Assembly: GCA_040437565.1 (NCBI GenBank)
Contig: JBDOQK010000013.1
Location: forward strand, 62,001 to 126,000
DNA: 64,000 nt
Direction of reading: 5' to 3'
Source: Albugo candida
Lineage: Eukaryota
Under the pieces are notes generated by a model that was given only the letters and a program-made list of their open reading frames with translations, made no database searches and was not told where the DNA came from. The translations under genes and the position numbers were made by a program. Shown here piece after piece: positions 23,843-35,440 of the stretch (the stretch's first letter is position 1; every line of letters starts with the position of its first letter).

Positions 23843-25425
23843 TCAATTTTTATGTGATTTCTTCTTCTTCTTGTTGGCATTGGTGGTTGCTGGGACCTCT
23901 GCTGCTACCTTTTCCTTCTCTTTTCCTTTCTGTTTCTTGTTCTTTTTCTTTTTCTTTTTCGGTTGCTTCTCCTCACTTGCATCATCATTGTTCTCGTGAG
24001 ATCGCTTCTTACTTTTACTCACTTCCGTTGATTCATTCACCCGTTCTGTTTTGAGGTCGGCTGCGACTTTAGCCATCACGTCAGCGTTTTTTCGAGGAGC
24101 AGCACCACTTTCGTAAAAAGCAAGACGTTCCTCAACTTGCTCGCGCATCTGTTCTCCAAACTTGGTTGTAGGCTCGTCGATAAAAGAGTCGATTCGAGAC
24201 GCGATAGCACATTTGTTGGCTAAATAGCGAGATATTCTTCCCTTATTTTTTGCTGCAGCTCGTCCGATAAAAGTCGAATGAAACAAAAGACCGTACTTGG
24301 GTGTGTTACCACGAGTTTTCAGTGCACGAAACAAAGCTTTCTCTGCACCAAGGATTTGTACGGTAGAGGCAGGACATTTTGCTAGGTTTGTGAGGGAGCC
24401 TGCATGAGAGATAAGCCGAGCTCCAACTGTTTCGCCAATGAGAGTAGCAAGATTAGGCGCTACTGTTGACATTTTACTGATCAAATAATCGTGCAATTGA
24501 CGACGATACTCAGCCAATTTGACAAGTCGGGTGGCAAAACTGTCGACGTTGATCATGTCGATTTCGGACATATCCATCCCCATCGAAGTACGCGAGGCTT
24601 GCACAATCTGTTTTGCTTTCTCTTCATCCAAGACAATTCTTATCAGCCCTTTCATTGTCTCATCTCCTTCCTCCACAGACGACAATGTGTTACGGTTCTT
24701 GATGAATGATGCACAGCGAGCATAGTTGTAATTATCACTGACAATTTTCACCAATTCCGGAAAGTGCCAAGAATACCATTCCCGAATTCGCATCGCAAAA
24801 GTGTTGATATCCTTGTCCATTTGATCCAAAAGTGCTATACTTTGGATGATCATGTTGTCTGCACGATTTACATTGAATTTGACCTTGGCACGAGAATAAC
24901 TATGTCCCAGTCCAAGCTGTGCTTTGCTCAGGTTTCCGTGGTCCAAGCCTTTCACCATTTTACTAAAGTGATACCGAATCCCGCGAACAATTTCCTGGGT
25001 GGTTTCATTCGAGTTGCAAGGGACATTTAGTTCATCCGACACAGATTGAGCTAGATTCTTGTCTTGAATGCCTAATGAGAACTTTGCTTTCTTCGATTTT
25101 CCTTTAGAAGGCAAATTCATTTCCAAAAAGTTTTTCAGATCCTCACAAATGAGACCTTCCGATATCGAATTTATGTTTTCTAAAGCATTTTCACCAGACT
25201 TGAATGGCTGGAATGCCTTCAGCTTCATTATTCGACCAAAGCTCGCCAAATCCGTTACGCTTTCTTGCACCTCATTGAGCAGCACACCAACTTCCTCATG
25301 CTCAACGACTTGGAACAGAGCATAGCCGGACGCTGACTCAAATAACACAAGTTGATTGACAGCCTACGGAGCAACACGCTTAATATTCATGAGAAAAGAT
25401 GTCGTCTGGATTTAGCGCGTACCAT
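23843..25425 (-). CDS. NOP56: Box C/D snoRNP protein NOP56; the first coding exon is the ATG alone
   Basis: [46 protein letters not shown] and a Lys-rich tail. Intron 25364-25422 (GTACGC...TAG) follows the ATG at 25425 directly. Confidence 0.95.
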
Positions 25426-26226
25426 TGAGGTGATCGCAAATTATCAAAAATAAGAAATGAGTGGACTACCGAACGTAACGTAAAGGAGTAGTTATTTCAA
25501 CTAGATTACTGCTCTAACTCACCTAAATCAACACCAAAATATATCCTAGTTTTGAATGCCACACACAACTGTTTCTCAATTGTAACAAGGACTGACTTGC
25601 GGAATATTTTCAAAGCATCACTCAATCATCATTCAATGAAAAATTCAAAGTTTGCGCAAGACTTTCGCTTCTCAATCGAATTGTTCAAATATTCGGCAGA
25701 AAAACACTCATCACCTGACGCGTTGGTGCCTATCTACGACATAATTGGTCACTTTGTTCGGCTGACGAAGTATACTCACAAAAACAATGGGAGCAATGCA
25801 TTGGAAAAGTAGCGTCATACATGGTAGTGTCAGGCTCAAATCCTTATGTGTGAATGGATACATTTTCAACCCGTAAAGCTTCAACTGCGTATGAGGAGTT
25901 TCCTCATCTTTACCTCTCACCTTCTTTAGCCTTTACGAATTGATACTTCCAAATTGTCCAGTTGCAGGCAGGATGACGCGAAGATTTGATGAGATTCTGA
26001 GAAGACATAATTCTTCACTAAGTCCCGTCGCAACTAACATTGCTAATTTTATCACACGAACGAGCGTCATTCATTGCCATTTTTCTTCTATTTCCCGATT
26101 AGTTACGGAAGAAAAATACCTAGGTAAACTTGGGTCTTGTTTGTGACGATCACAGTAGAACAGATTTTTTTCTCTGTGCTCTTTCTTTCAAACTGGTTGT
26201 CTCAGACTGATATGTAAACAAGTCAG

Positions 26227-27570
26227 ATGGCGCCATCGACTGACTTTTTCAGACCGTCAATGCTGAAAACAAGTGTGATATCTTGTGCTGCATTTAAATT
26301 TATTTATGCACCTTTAGTATCAAAAAAGCAACCGACATTGCAAGACGCATTGTATATTATGGAACCCATCGATTGGAAATACTGGGCAACAGCGAGAACC
26401 GAATTGGTAGCGAACTGCTCGACACCAGAGCAGAAATCTTTACAACAATGCGATAGTACTGATAGAAAGTATCTAATGTCACTGCAGTCCGGAAAGCTCG
26501 ACTTTATCCGAGTCATCGGCCAAGGATCGTACGGAACGGTGATATTAAGTCAATCGCATGAAAATCCAGAACGATTGTTTGCGATAAAATTGATAACAAA
26601 AGCGCGTCTTAGGGAGAAGATGAAGCAGACCGAAGGTCGAAATGCTTCGAAAAACGACGAGACGCAACGGATGATGATGGAGCAGCGAGTCATGGCTCTA
26701 CTGAACCATCCTTTTGTAACAAAATTTTATGGCTCGTTTGAGACGAAAGATGCGTACCATCTGGTGATGGAGTATTGTGCGGGTGGAGACTTTTATTTTC
26801 TTTTGGATCGATACGAGAATAATCGATTGCCAGAGTCTCACGTCGTGTTCTATGGAGCTTGCCTCGTGCTTGCGTTGCAATATTTGCATCAAGAAGGAGT
26901 CATATATCGTGATCTGAAACCTGAGAATATCTTGCTGGGTAAAGATGGCTTTCTCCGACTTGCAGATTTTGGATTTGCCAAGTGTATTGCGGGTGTAGAT
27001 AATAAGCGATGTTGCTCTACTTTATGTGGTTCAGCAGATTATGTTGCTCCAGAAATTATACGAGGAGAAGGATATGGATATTCTGCGGATTATTGGAGTT
27101 TGGGATGCGTTTTATTCGAACTTCTAACTGGGTTTCCACCATTCTACCGTTCTTCCGATTGTGATAATCAACGGTTGTTGTTCCACAGAATTCAGCACAC
27201 TGAATTGAGTATTCCAGGCTATGTGTCACCTAATGCTCGAGGCTTACTCCGAGAGTTATTGACTAAAGACGATACCCATCGCATGAATGCATCGACAATA
27301 CTTGAGCATCCTTTCTTTGGAACCATCATTTGGTCAGAACTTTTAAACAAACAAGTCAAGCCGCCCATACTTCCAGAGGATAATCTGGATTCGCCGCTTG
27401 ATAATTCAAGTTGTGCAGATCAGTACACCGCACACAGCGTATTGGATACATTGAGCTGCACCTATTACTCGTGTAGCTCATCCGATAAGCCAGAGTTTAC
27501 AAAAGCACAGAATATCAGAAGCCATTGCGAGAGCACTTTCACCGACTTTGATTGGTGTGAAGAATTTTAA
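26227..27570 (+). CDS. AGC-family Ser/Thr protein kinase
   Basis: GQGSYG, FAIK, YRDLKPEN, DFG, APE and DYWSLG, with an AGC C-tail (PP.LP...FTDFDW). Confidence 0.93.
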   Translation: MAPSTDFFRPSMLKTSVISCAAFKFIYAPLVSKKQPTLQDALYIMEPIDWKYWATARTELVANCSTPEQKSLQQCDSTDRKYLMSLQSGKLDFIRVIGQGSYGTVILSQSHENPERLFAIKLITKARLREKMKQTEGRNASKNDETQRMMMEQRVMALLNHPFVTKFYGSFETKDAYHLVMEYCAGGDFYFLLDRYENNRLPESHVVFYGACLVLALQYLHQEGVIYRDLKPENILLGKDGFLRLADFGFAKCIAGVDNKRCCSTLCGSADYVAPEIIRGEGYGYSADYWSLGCVLFELLTGFPPFYRSSDCDNQRLLFHRIQHTELSIPGYVSPNARGLLRELLTKDDTHRMNASTILEHPFFGTIIWSELLNKQVKPPILPEDNLDSPLDNSSCADQYTAHSVLDTLSCTYYSCSSSDKPEFTKAQNIRSHCESTFTDFDWCEEF

Positions 27571-27665
27571 GTTATTATCATTAAGCATCTATAAGCGATA
27601 TTGCCAGTTAAGTAATGGAAATATAGAACGTTGTTGCATACTCATCGTGAGTGTTATACATCCGC

Positions 27666-30600
27666 ATGGCCGCACCAATATTGCAAGGAATAGATTTGTT
27701 TCAAGAGACTATAGAAAATGAAGCCGGTAGTAGCTTATTCCATCGTCTTTGCCAATCCACAAATGAGAAAAATGAAAAGATGAGCACGGTCAGTGGTCGT
27801 CGCGCAGAACTGAATCAATTGACCGTCATCAAATCGAGGTGGGCGTATTATCGGACTTTATGCCAGTTTCGATTTGGTTATCTGACTTTCATCGTTATGT
27901 TGATCATACTCATCTTCTCAGTAACGCTGCTGATGGAAATTTTCTTTGCCATCTTTTTGCCGAGTGCACAAGAAGATCCGCATTATATGCTTCGTTCCAC
28001 CTGCTTGTTGGCAAGTCTTCCATTTCTACTCATTGTATTGTCTTACATCTTTGAAGAAGCAATTCGCTTCTTTCGAGATGCTATTGACAAAACAGAGGGA
28101 AGCTTGCGAAATTTTAGACTTGCATTGGCAGTTGTAATACATTTTTTTCGTCATCGTAAGGAGATGCCTGAGGATCGAATGGAGGTGGTTTCAAAATCGA
28201 ATCAAACCCGCTTGAGCTCGGACACTACATCAAATTATGCTAATGTTCACCGCTGTGGGTCGTGGCTCGTACGTTCGGGCTCGAAGCTCTCATCGCTATT
28301 TACAGTGAGTGATCCTTTTGATGATAAAAACAAAGAGTACGAAGATCAAGTTCGAAATCGTCTACAAGCTGTTTTTAAGGAGCAAAGGAATGATGGCTCG
28401 GGAATAGAATTAAAGATTCATGACGAAGCTCCATCAAGCAGATGGAAAAGAGCGGTTAGTACAGCGACGACGACACATATGTTCAATCGCACAATGACAT
28501 TTGATGGGCCACCACTGGATTTTACGACATTGGTCATAGTGGATCTGATATGTCCGCTTTTCTTCGAAATCACAACAGGGTTTCATTTTGTATTGGCGTT
28601 CCTCAGAACATTTTCGGTAGTGCACGCGTTCTTGCACTATATTCAGACCGGCGTTTTTGTTTTGCTATTTTACCTACTTCTTTGGAGTTTATGTCATTGC
28701 TGGAGCTCCCGCAATCGAAAAATGCGAGAATACGTCAGTAACTACCGACGATGTCGTCGCGCGATGAAACGTGTAATAGAAAATATCGAGATGGAAAAGC
28801 GTTCCGAAAAACTGTTGCTGGTAGTTGTGGGATTTCGAGCATGGGAGTTCATAGCAACAATTTTTTACTCTATGGTGGAGTCTTCATTNNNNNNNNNNNN
28901 NNNNNNNNNNNNNNNNNNNNNNNNNNNNNNNNNNNNNNNNNNNNNNNNNNNNNNNNNNNNNNNNNNNNNNNNNNNNNNNNNNNNNNNNTGATGGGCCACC
29001 ACTGGATTTTACGACATTGGTCATAGTGGATCTGATATGTCCGCTTTTCTTCGAAATCACAACAGGGTTTCATTTTGTATTGGCGTTCCTCAGAACATTT
29101 TCGGTAGTGCACGCGTTCTTGCACTATATTCAGACCGGCGTTTTTGTTTTGCTATTTTACCTACTTCTTTGGAGTTTATGTCATTGCTGGAGCTCCCGCA
29201 ATCGAAAAATGCGAGAATACGTCAGTAACTACCGACGATGTCGTCGCGCGATGAAACGTGTAATAGAAAATATCGAGATGGAAAAGCGTTCCGAAAAACT
29301 GTTGCTGGTAGTTGTGGGATTTCGAGCATGGGAGTTCATAGCAACAATTTTTTACTCTATGGTGGAGTCTTCATTTTTCTGCTTTCGAAGATGTAAGGCT
29401 CGCACATGGCGCTACCTTCCTTTCCGATTTCGACTCCAGGGTCGAAACATCACCTCAGAGCGAAAACCGCTTCGGAATGAAATCAGACAAATACCATTAC
29501 TTGATGCAAACCACACCTCTACTGAACAGGGAGGGAGAAAACACATCAAGAAAATATGCGCACAGATCAATCGGTGCAATATATGGAAACACCTTTCCTT
29601 CCAAGAACGGATCCTGTTTCTTGTTCCTATCACAATACTCAGTGCTATCATATCGTGCGTATCTTTCTTCATTGGATGGGGACTCATGGGTTTATGTCTG
29701 ATTATGCTCAGCAGCATTATTCAGTCACATTTCCCCCAGATATTCGGTGCAACGTTTCGAACATTCATCGTTTGTTTTGTCACTATCTCCTTCATTTTTT
29801 TCTCAGCCACTTTCATCATTGGAACGTTTGTTGGGGGAGGAAGCTTCACCGTGTATCCTCCCAAACAAATGTCGACCGAGTCACCGCTTACTGCTGATGC
29901 ATTCGCCGTACCGCTAGACAAGCCGTTGAGCGAAAGAAGTCATGTGGCAAAATATCCGGTTTGTTACTTGAGTTTCTCATCACTTGATGTGATTGATTTT
30001 GCATTGATGGCCGATGGAGCATATGCTTCGAACAAAATCAGTCAACATCGGACATTTAGTAACCGATTTAATGGAACTGATTTGGGAGATTGGGAAATCA
30101 TATCTCAAAACAATCAGAAGGGCGGTCATCAAGTTTGGGTGGAGCTATTCTTTCGTCGCATTAATATGACAGTGATTGTCGTTAGAGGAACGGCTTCAGC
30201 AGTGGATGCCTTAGAGGATCTACACTTTTGGTTCGGTGTGTGTGTTATGCAAGCAGTAAACTTATTTTTGCCATTACTGAGGCAGCTACCAAGTCGATTG
30301 GTTGTAAGCATGCTTTCTATGAGTATATTCGATCTGTTTATGCCGCCACCAATGTACAGACATTTCATCAAACATATACAGAATGTGCGTATTCGTGTAG
30401 GCGATCGATTAGTCTTAACTGGTCATAGCTTGGGAGGTGCTATGGCTGCGATGGCAGGAGCAAAGGTCAAAGTTCCGGTGATTTCCTTCTCCGGACCAGG
30501 ATTGCTATACTCTCGTGGTCGTTTTGGGATAAGAGAAGAAGACATTCGCCATCACGTTGTGACGATCAAGCCCAAAAATGACATCGTACCTCTGATCGAC

Positions 30601-30762
30601 GAACTGATCGGAATGGTACAGGAGATAGACTGTCATCAGGACAGTGTGTTCGCGTGCCATAGTACGTATACGCATCTTTGTGAATTGTATTTTGCTTGCG
30701 GTGACCACCGTCATCGAGACTGGTCACAAGCAATCGAATGTCAACAGTATATGTCTCGCTAA
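27666..30762 (+). CDS. Multipass membrane protein with a C-terminal lipase class 3 (Atg15/DAG-lipase-like) domain; ~28501-28888 is duplicated after the gap
   Basis: Several transmembrane-like segments, followed by VIVVRGT, LTGHSLGG (nucleophile elbow), FSGPG, NDIVP and a C-terminal His. Confidence 0.8.
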
Positions 30763-31094
30763 ATCGTATGCGCACTCGGAGTTATAACAGCATAATCAAC
30801 CCACTTTGGATCTGATAATATTTCACAAATGTCGATAAAACTGGACGTTTGCCCACAAAATGTAAAGAGAGCAATGACGTCAGTGGTTGTAAATAAAGTC
30901 ATCCAACCCATAAACCTGACTCCAAGCACACTGAACCGATTGGGTGCGGTCTGCAATGTCGCGATCCTCATTTTGCTGTAGTCACACCTTCCAAAATTTA
31001 TTTGATTGCTTGACAATAGCTTTTCTTCCGTACTATCGCCGAAACATTTCTATGCGCCATTTGCCTTTTAAAGTTCAATTTACCTCCGTGTTGA

Positions 31095-32270
31095 ATGTTG
31101 TCACACAACCTTTGCATTGTTGGACATGCGCTGTATACGGTGTCCGCTCTCTTCTCGACTACAGTTGAGTGTCGATCATATCGCGTCGGTCAAGTCACAC
31201 CTTTTCGATGGAATGCCGAAATAGGGCAATCGAGTAGCATTATCATCACTGCTCCATCAGCTTTATACATATCGATACACTTTGGTTCTTTTTCTTTACC
31301 ACTTGGCGACCGAATTACGATACGTTCACTCTCAGAATCATTCGAGTACAACTATAGATCTCTTGGACGTCGGAATCTCGGTCGCGAACCGTTTGGATTC
31401 TACGCGAGTTTTATTCCGGGAGCACAGGCAATGATCGAATATGTCAGTAGTAATAGAACGATCTCACTTATTTCGCATGTATTTGGTGTCGAAATAGATT
31501 ATTATATACAAGGTCATCCAAGAGCTCAAACATCCTCTATCTGTGGCGTGGATAACTCGGAGCCCGCGATATGTTTTAGAAGCGATAATGTAAAGAATCA
31601 AAAAAATGAAGCATTCTTTAATCAATGGTACACAAAGTCGTTGACAACAGCTCGTTTACTGGTTAACGGAAGCCTCCTGTGCACTGGATGGCTTCTAGGC
31701 TCCGAAGGACATTTGATAACCAATTATCATTGCATTACTGGTACGCAGGAAGCATCGATGGTCGATATAGAGTTTATGGCTATCGGTGAAACATGCTCTG
31801 AAGAGTGCAAAAGAACATTTGCGTGTCATGGTCGAAAAGTATATACAAGCGCTACATTCATCACAAATAGTGAAAAATATGATTATGCACTTGTTCAGCT
31901 TGTCAAAAGTCCAGAACTCTCGAGTTTTGGGTATCTTCAATTACGAAGTACAGGACCAAAGTTGGGCGAAGCGATATACATCCCGCACTATCCAAGAGGC
32001 TATGGTCTACGCATCTCCCGTCTTCTAGATGATGGTACTGCCGCAGTTGTACAGACTTTAAATGGTAGTACACTGTGTGGGTTAAATCAGGTCGGGTATG
32101 CTGCCGATACGGACGTCGGATCATCAGGGGCACCGGTTATAGGAGCAAGTGACAACGCTGTCATTGCGCTACACCATTGCGGCCAGTGTGAAAACACCGC
32201 TGTCAACATCAAGGACATTATTGCGGATTTTGAAGCGAAACAAATAGGAGTCCACGATATGGTGGCGTAA
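31095..32270 (+). CDS. Secreted trypsin-like (PA clan) serine protease of lysyl-endopeptidase-like type
   Basis: Catalytic triad motifs ITNYHC, YDYALV and DTDVGSSGAPV; hydrophobic N-terminus; CUB-like prodomain; intronless. Confidence 0.85.
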   Translation: MLSHNLCIVGHALYTVSALFSTTVECRSYRVGQVTPFRWNAEIGQSSSIIITAPSALYISIHFGSFSLPLGDRITIRSLSESFEYNYRSLGRRNLGREPFGFYASFIPGAQAMIEYVSSNRTISLISHVFGVEIDYYIQGHPRAQTSSICGVDNSEPAICFRSDNVKNQKNEAFFNQWYTKSLTTARLLVNGSLLCTGWLLGSEGHLITNYHCITGTQEASMVDIEFMAIGETCSEECKRTFACHGRKVYTSATFITNSEKYDYALVQLVKSPELSSFGYLQLRSTGPKLGEAIYIPHYPRGYGLRISRLLDDGTAAVVQTLNGSTLCGLNQVGYAADTDVGSSGAPVIGASDNAVIALHHCGQCENTAVNIKDIIADFEAKQIGVHDMVA

Positions 32271-32362
32271 TAAGAAAATCAGTCGAATCGATGAGTAGAG
32301 ATAAGAAGGATCACATAGAGCTTCATCTGTAAAAGGTGGAATTTTTGGAGTGTCAAGCTAAA

Positions 32363-33405
32363 TCACAGATCCTCATTAGCGGCGTTTTCCGCCTCCTCGT
32401 CCTCTATGTCTGCCACAATCCTCGAAAACTTTTCATTTTCGTCCTCTTCATCATGTTCTGGCGCGACTTCGTCATCTCTCATCAACTCTTCCAAATCTGG
32501 AATTCTAACAGTTTCGATACCCTCTTTTTGCTGCTGTGTCATATCGCTGATCAGCTTCCCACTGTATATGTCATCAGTGAATTGCTTGGTGAGAGCAATG
32601 TACTCGTCGAATTCTGTAGGTTGGTTCTTGATCCAGACACAAAACACGATAAAAGCAACCGTTCCAACGATACGATAGATTCGTTCCGCTTTTTCCGTCG
32701 ATCGAAAAGAGTAAAGAGGCTTGAAAGAGTCCACTACTCCCAAATCATCGTCGAAAATGTTTGGGTATATCCAGAAATCGTAGCCGATCATCCAGAGGAT
32801 GAAAAAGATGAACAACCGGATCACACAGAACACAAATACGAAGATCAGAAATGTGACTGACAGGTACCATATGGCTACTTTAGCCCAATCTGGCCAAATT
32901 GGAAAACAAGTACAAGTGAGGAAAGTGACAATCAATAGAAATGTCATGATATTCCGAATCGTTTTCGGTCCGTCGTACATCCAAGTGTAGTACCCTTCAG
33001 ATACAAAATCGTGATTACTGGATGGCTGCAGAACTCGGCGGTTCTGTCCATCCCGATCAGATCGGTGTATGTAGCCGTTTTGCACCAGCGCTCGACCGAT
33101 ACTCATTACATCCTCCTTACAGCTAATCTGAGGAAAAGCTTTTTTGATCCGTTTGTTTTCCAATATAAACGAAGCTAATTTGTCTCCGCGAAAGTACTCC
33201 ACTCGCTTTCCGTATTCCACCGCATGACGTATAGGCATTCCACGACGACCACGAAGCATATCAGCAATCTTCTTGGATCCTTCCTCGCTCTCCCAGGCCT
33301 TGTCAACGATCTATAACATTGCATCAGTATTACGTCGACTACATGCTCTCGAGTTCGACATCGTACCTTCGTCTTTCTCTTCGCATCTACTTCTGTACCG
33401 CTCAT
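32363..33405 (-). CDS. SEC62: Translocation protein SEC62, two exons
   Basis: RVEYFRG, YYTWMYDG, CFPIWP and FWIYPNIFDDDLGVVDSFKPLY. Intron 33311-33366 joins the ATG at 33405 in frame. Confidence 0.92.
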
Positions 33406-35440
33406 GACTGCTAAGTGATGTTTGTAGAGTGTGTCTACTCAATGTCCACGGTTTGGAATACAAGTTGTGAATTGGGCAATGGTACTCTGCTTCCTTACGT
33501 GTCTGACCGCCACGTGCTCGCTTTTCTCTCCCTTCCTTTTATACCGTGAAAACCGGTATCTCAGTACAACAGCTGTCATGTGTGCACCTTTCATGTGTCT
33601 CATATTGAAGCTTGTGGGCCCAATAAGAGCCGTCAAATTCCGTTATTTTCCACTATACCAAATTGTATCAAGTTGCCACTGTTACTCGAGGACGTCCGGC
33701 ACCAAAAATAAGGTCATCGAGCCCTTACTTGACAGCTGTTTGTTACACAATTCAATATCGTTTTTCCTTCGATAAATTGTGGATCTAGTTGCCTCACTTT
33801 GCTTAGGCATAAGCTTAGTCTCGGAAGCGAATTCTTGACATCAATTTGAACTCGATCAGTGCCATATCACGTGATAGCTAGGCAGCGCTTTGTGTATGAT
33901 TTCGGGTCAGATTTGGAGGCTTGAAAACAGGTCAAAAGTTGAGATGGTGAATTGTGCTTATCGAAAGTTCAAAGATATTGCGTTGGTGAGAGTCATTAAG
34001 TCTTGTTGTTGTGCCTTTATACTCAAGCCAAAATGCATCTACAAAGGCAATGTCCTGACAAGCAAGAAGTGCTCTATTACTGCTTACACGAGTTACATAA
34101 ATTCAATTGTGCGCAGTATCCTTCTCGGACATTACTCGTTGTCCGATGGTCGCAACTCGGTTGGCTAATCCCCTCTCATATAGTTTCTTGTATTTACAGT
34201 ATCGACGTCATTTTGAGCTGATAGCGAGTTTTTTTTTCCAATTAGTACTGCATGGTGCCCGGAAAAGATCGATTGGCGGATCATTTGAAGCACGTACAAC
34301 TTAGAATCTTCTCTTTTCGCCTCATGCTGAGATCATCTTGGCTCAGGGTGTATCAAGGTACCCAAGGTCTGACGTGTATTTGAATGGTGAAGTATGCACG
34401 TTCCCCGAGTGTGCGGCGAATGATCTAACAAGAAAGAGCATATGGTACAGCATGCTTTAAATGTAATGCCGATAAGCTGGTGATACAAAGGCAGCACTCA
34501 GTGCAATTATTTACTATGTGAGCAGAGTTTGTAGCAGCATATTGAAAGCACAGAAAGTACAGGATTTACTTGGAGAAAGGAAATTGTTCAGACTTAATAG
34601 TGATGGTGGTGGAGCCAATTGTCTTGTGTCAGGCGACTATCAGTCAGCTTTTTGACGAATCTACTTCAATCAAAGCAAATCACATCGGCGTCAGACAAAT
34701 ATTGGATAGGGCCTAAGATACTCTCAAAGGTAATGGCTGACTTGCATACGAAGGCGTGTCCGACACCAAGTATCAAGTGCAATACGTCATTAGCTTCTAG
34801 TCGCTCTTTAATGAAGGTAATATTTATCAATTGAGAAAACACTTTTTTATCTAAAACAGTGCCCACAATAACAAGAAGCTATTTCTACTGCGCTCGGTTC
34901 AATAAAGTCTTGGCGCTCTCTCCGCCTATGATACCGGTGTTACTACGCGCTTGTCTAATGCGCCATTTGATCGGTATTTTACCAGATGGTACCCTTTTCT
35001 CATCGAGTATAAACATGCTCCAAACTCGATTGTTCGAAAGCGATCATGCGAGGATCAAGAAGCCTTACTCGCTCCGGTGTGTTGGGAGATGACATTCAGA
35101 CGAGATAGTCGCCTTTTCACTACGACAAATCATTCAGAAAGAGCGAGTGTAAACAAATGAGACTAGAAATTTGCGGTTTCATCCATACAATCCACTCCAA
35201 CATGAGCTCGCGATAAGAGCAAGGCGTCAAAGCTGCTCATCAAATCTTCACGATTTTCGATATAATCCAACATTTCCATTTGGGTAACCGCAATTTTTTT
35301 TTCGATCAGACGTAGCTGATGATGCTTTTATACTCTCCTTTCACGCTCTTTAGCGCGGTAGACTTCGTCGTTCCGGTAGTCTACTTCAGCTTGTGCGCAA
35401 TACGTTTACAAAAAGATTGTCTCACCCTGGGACTACCATC

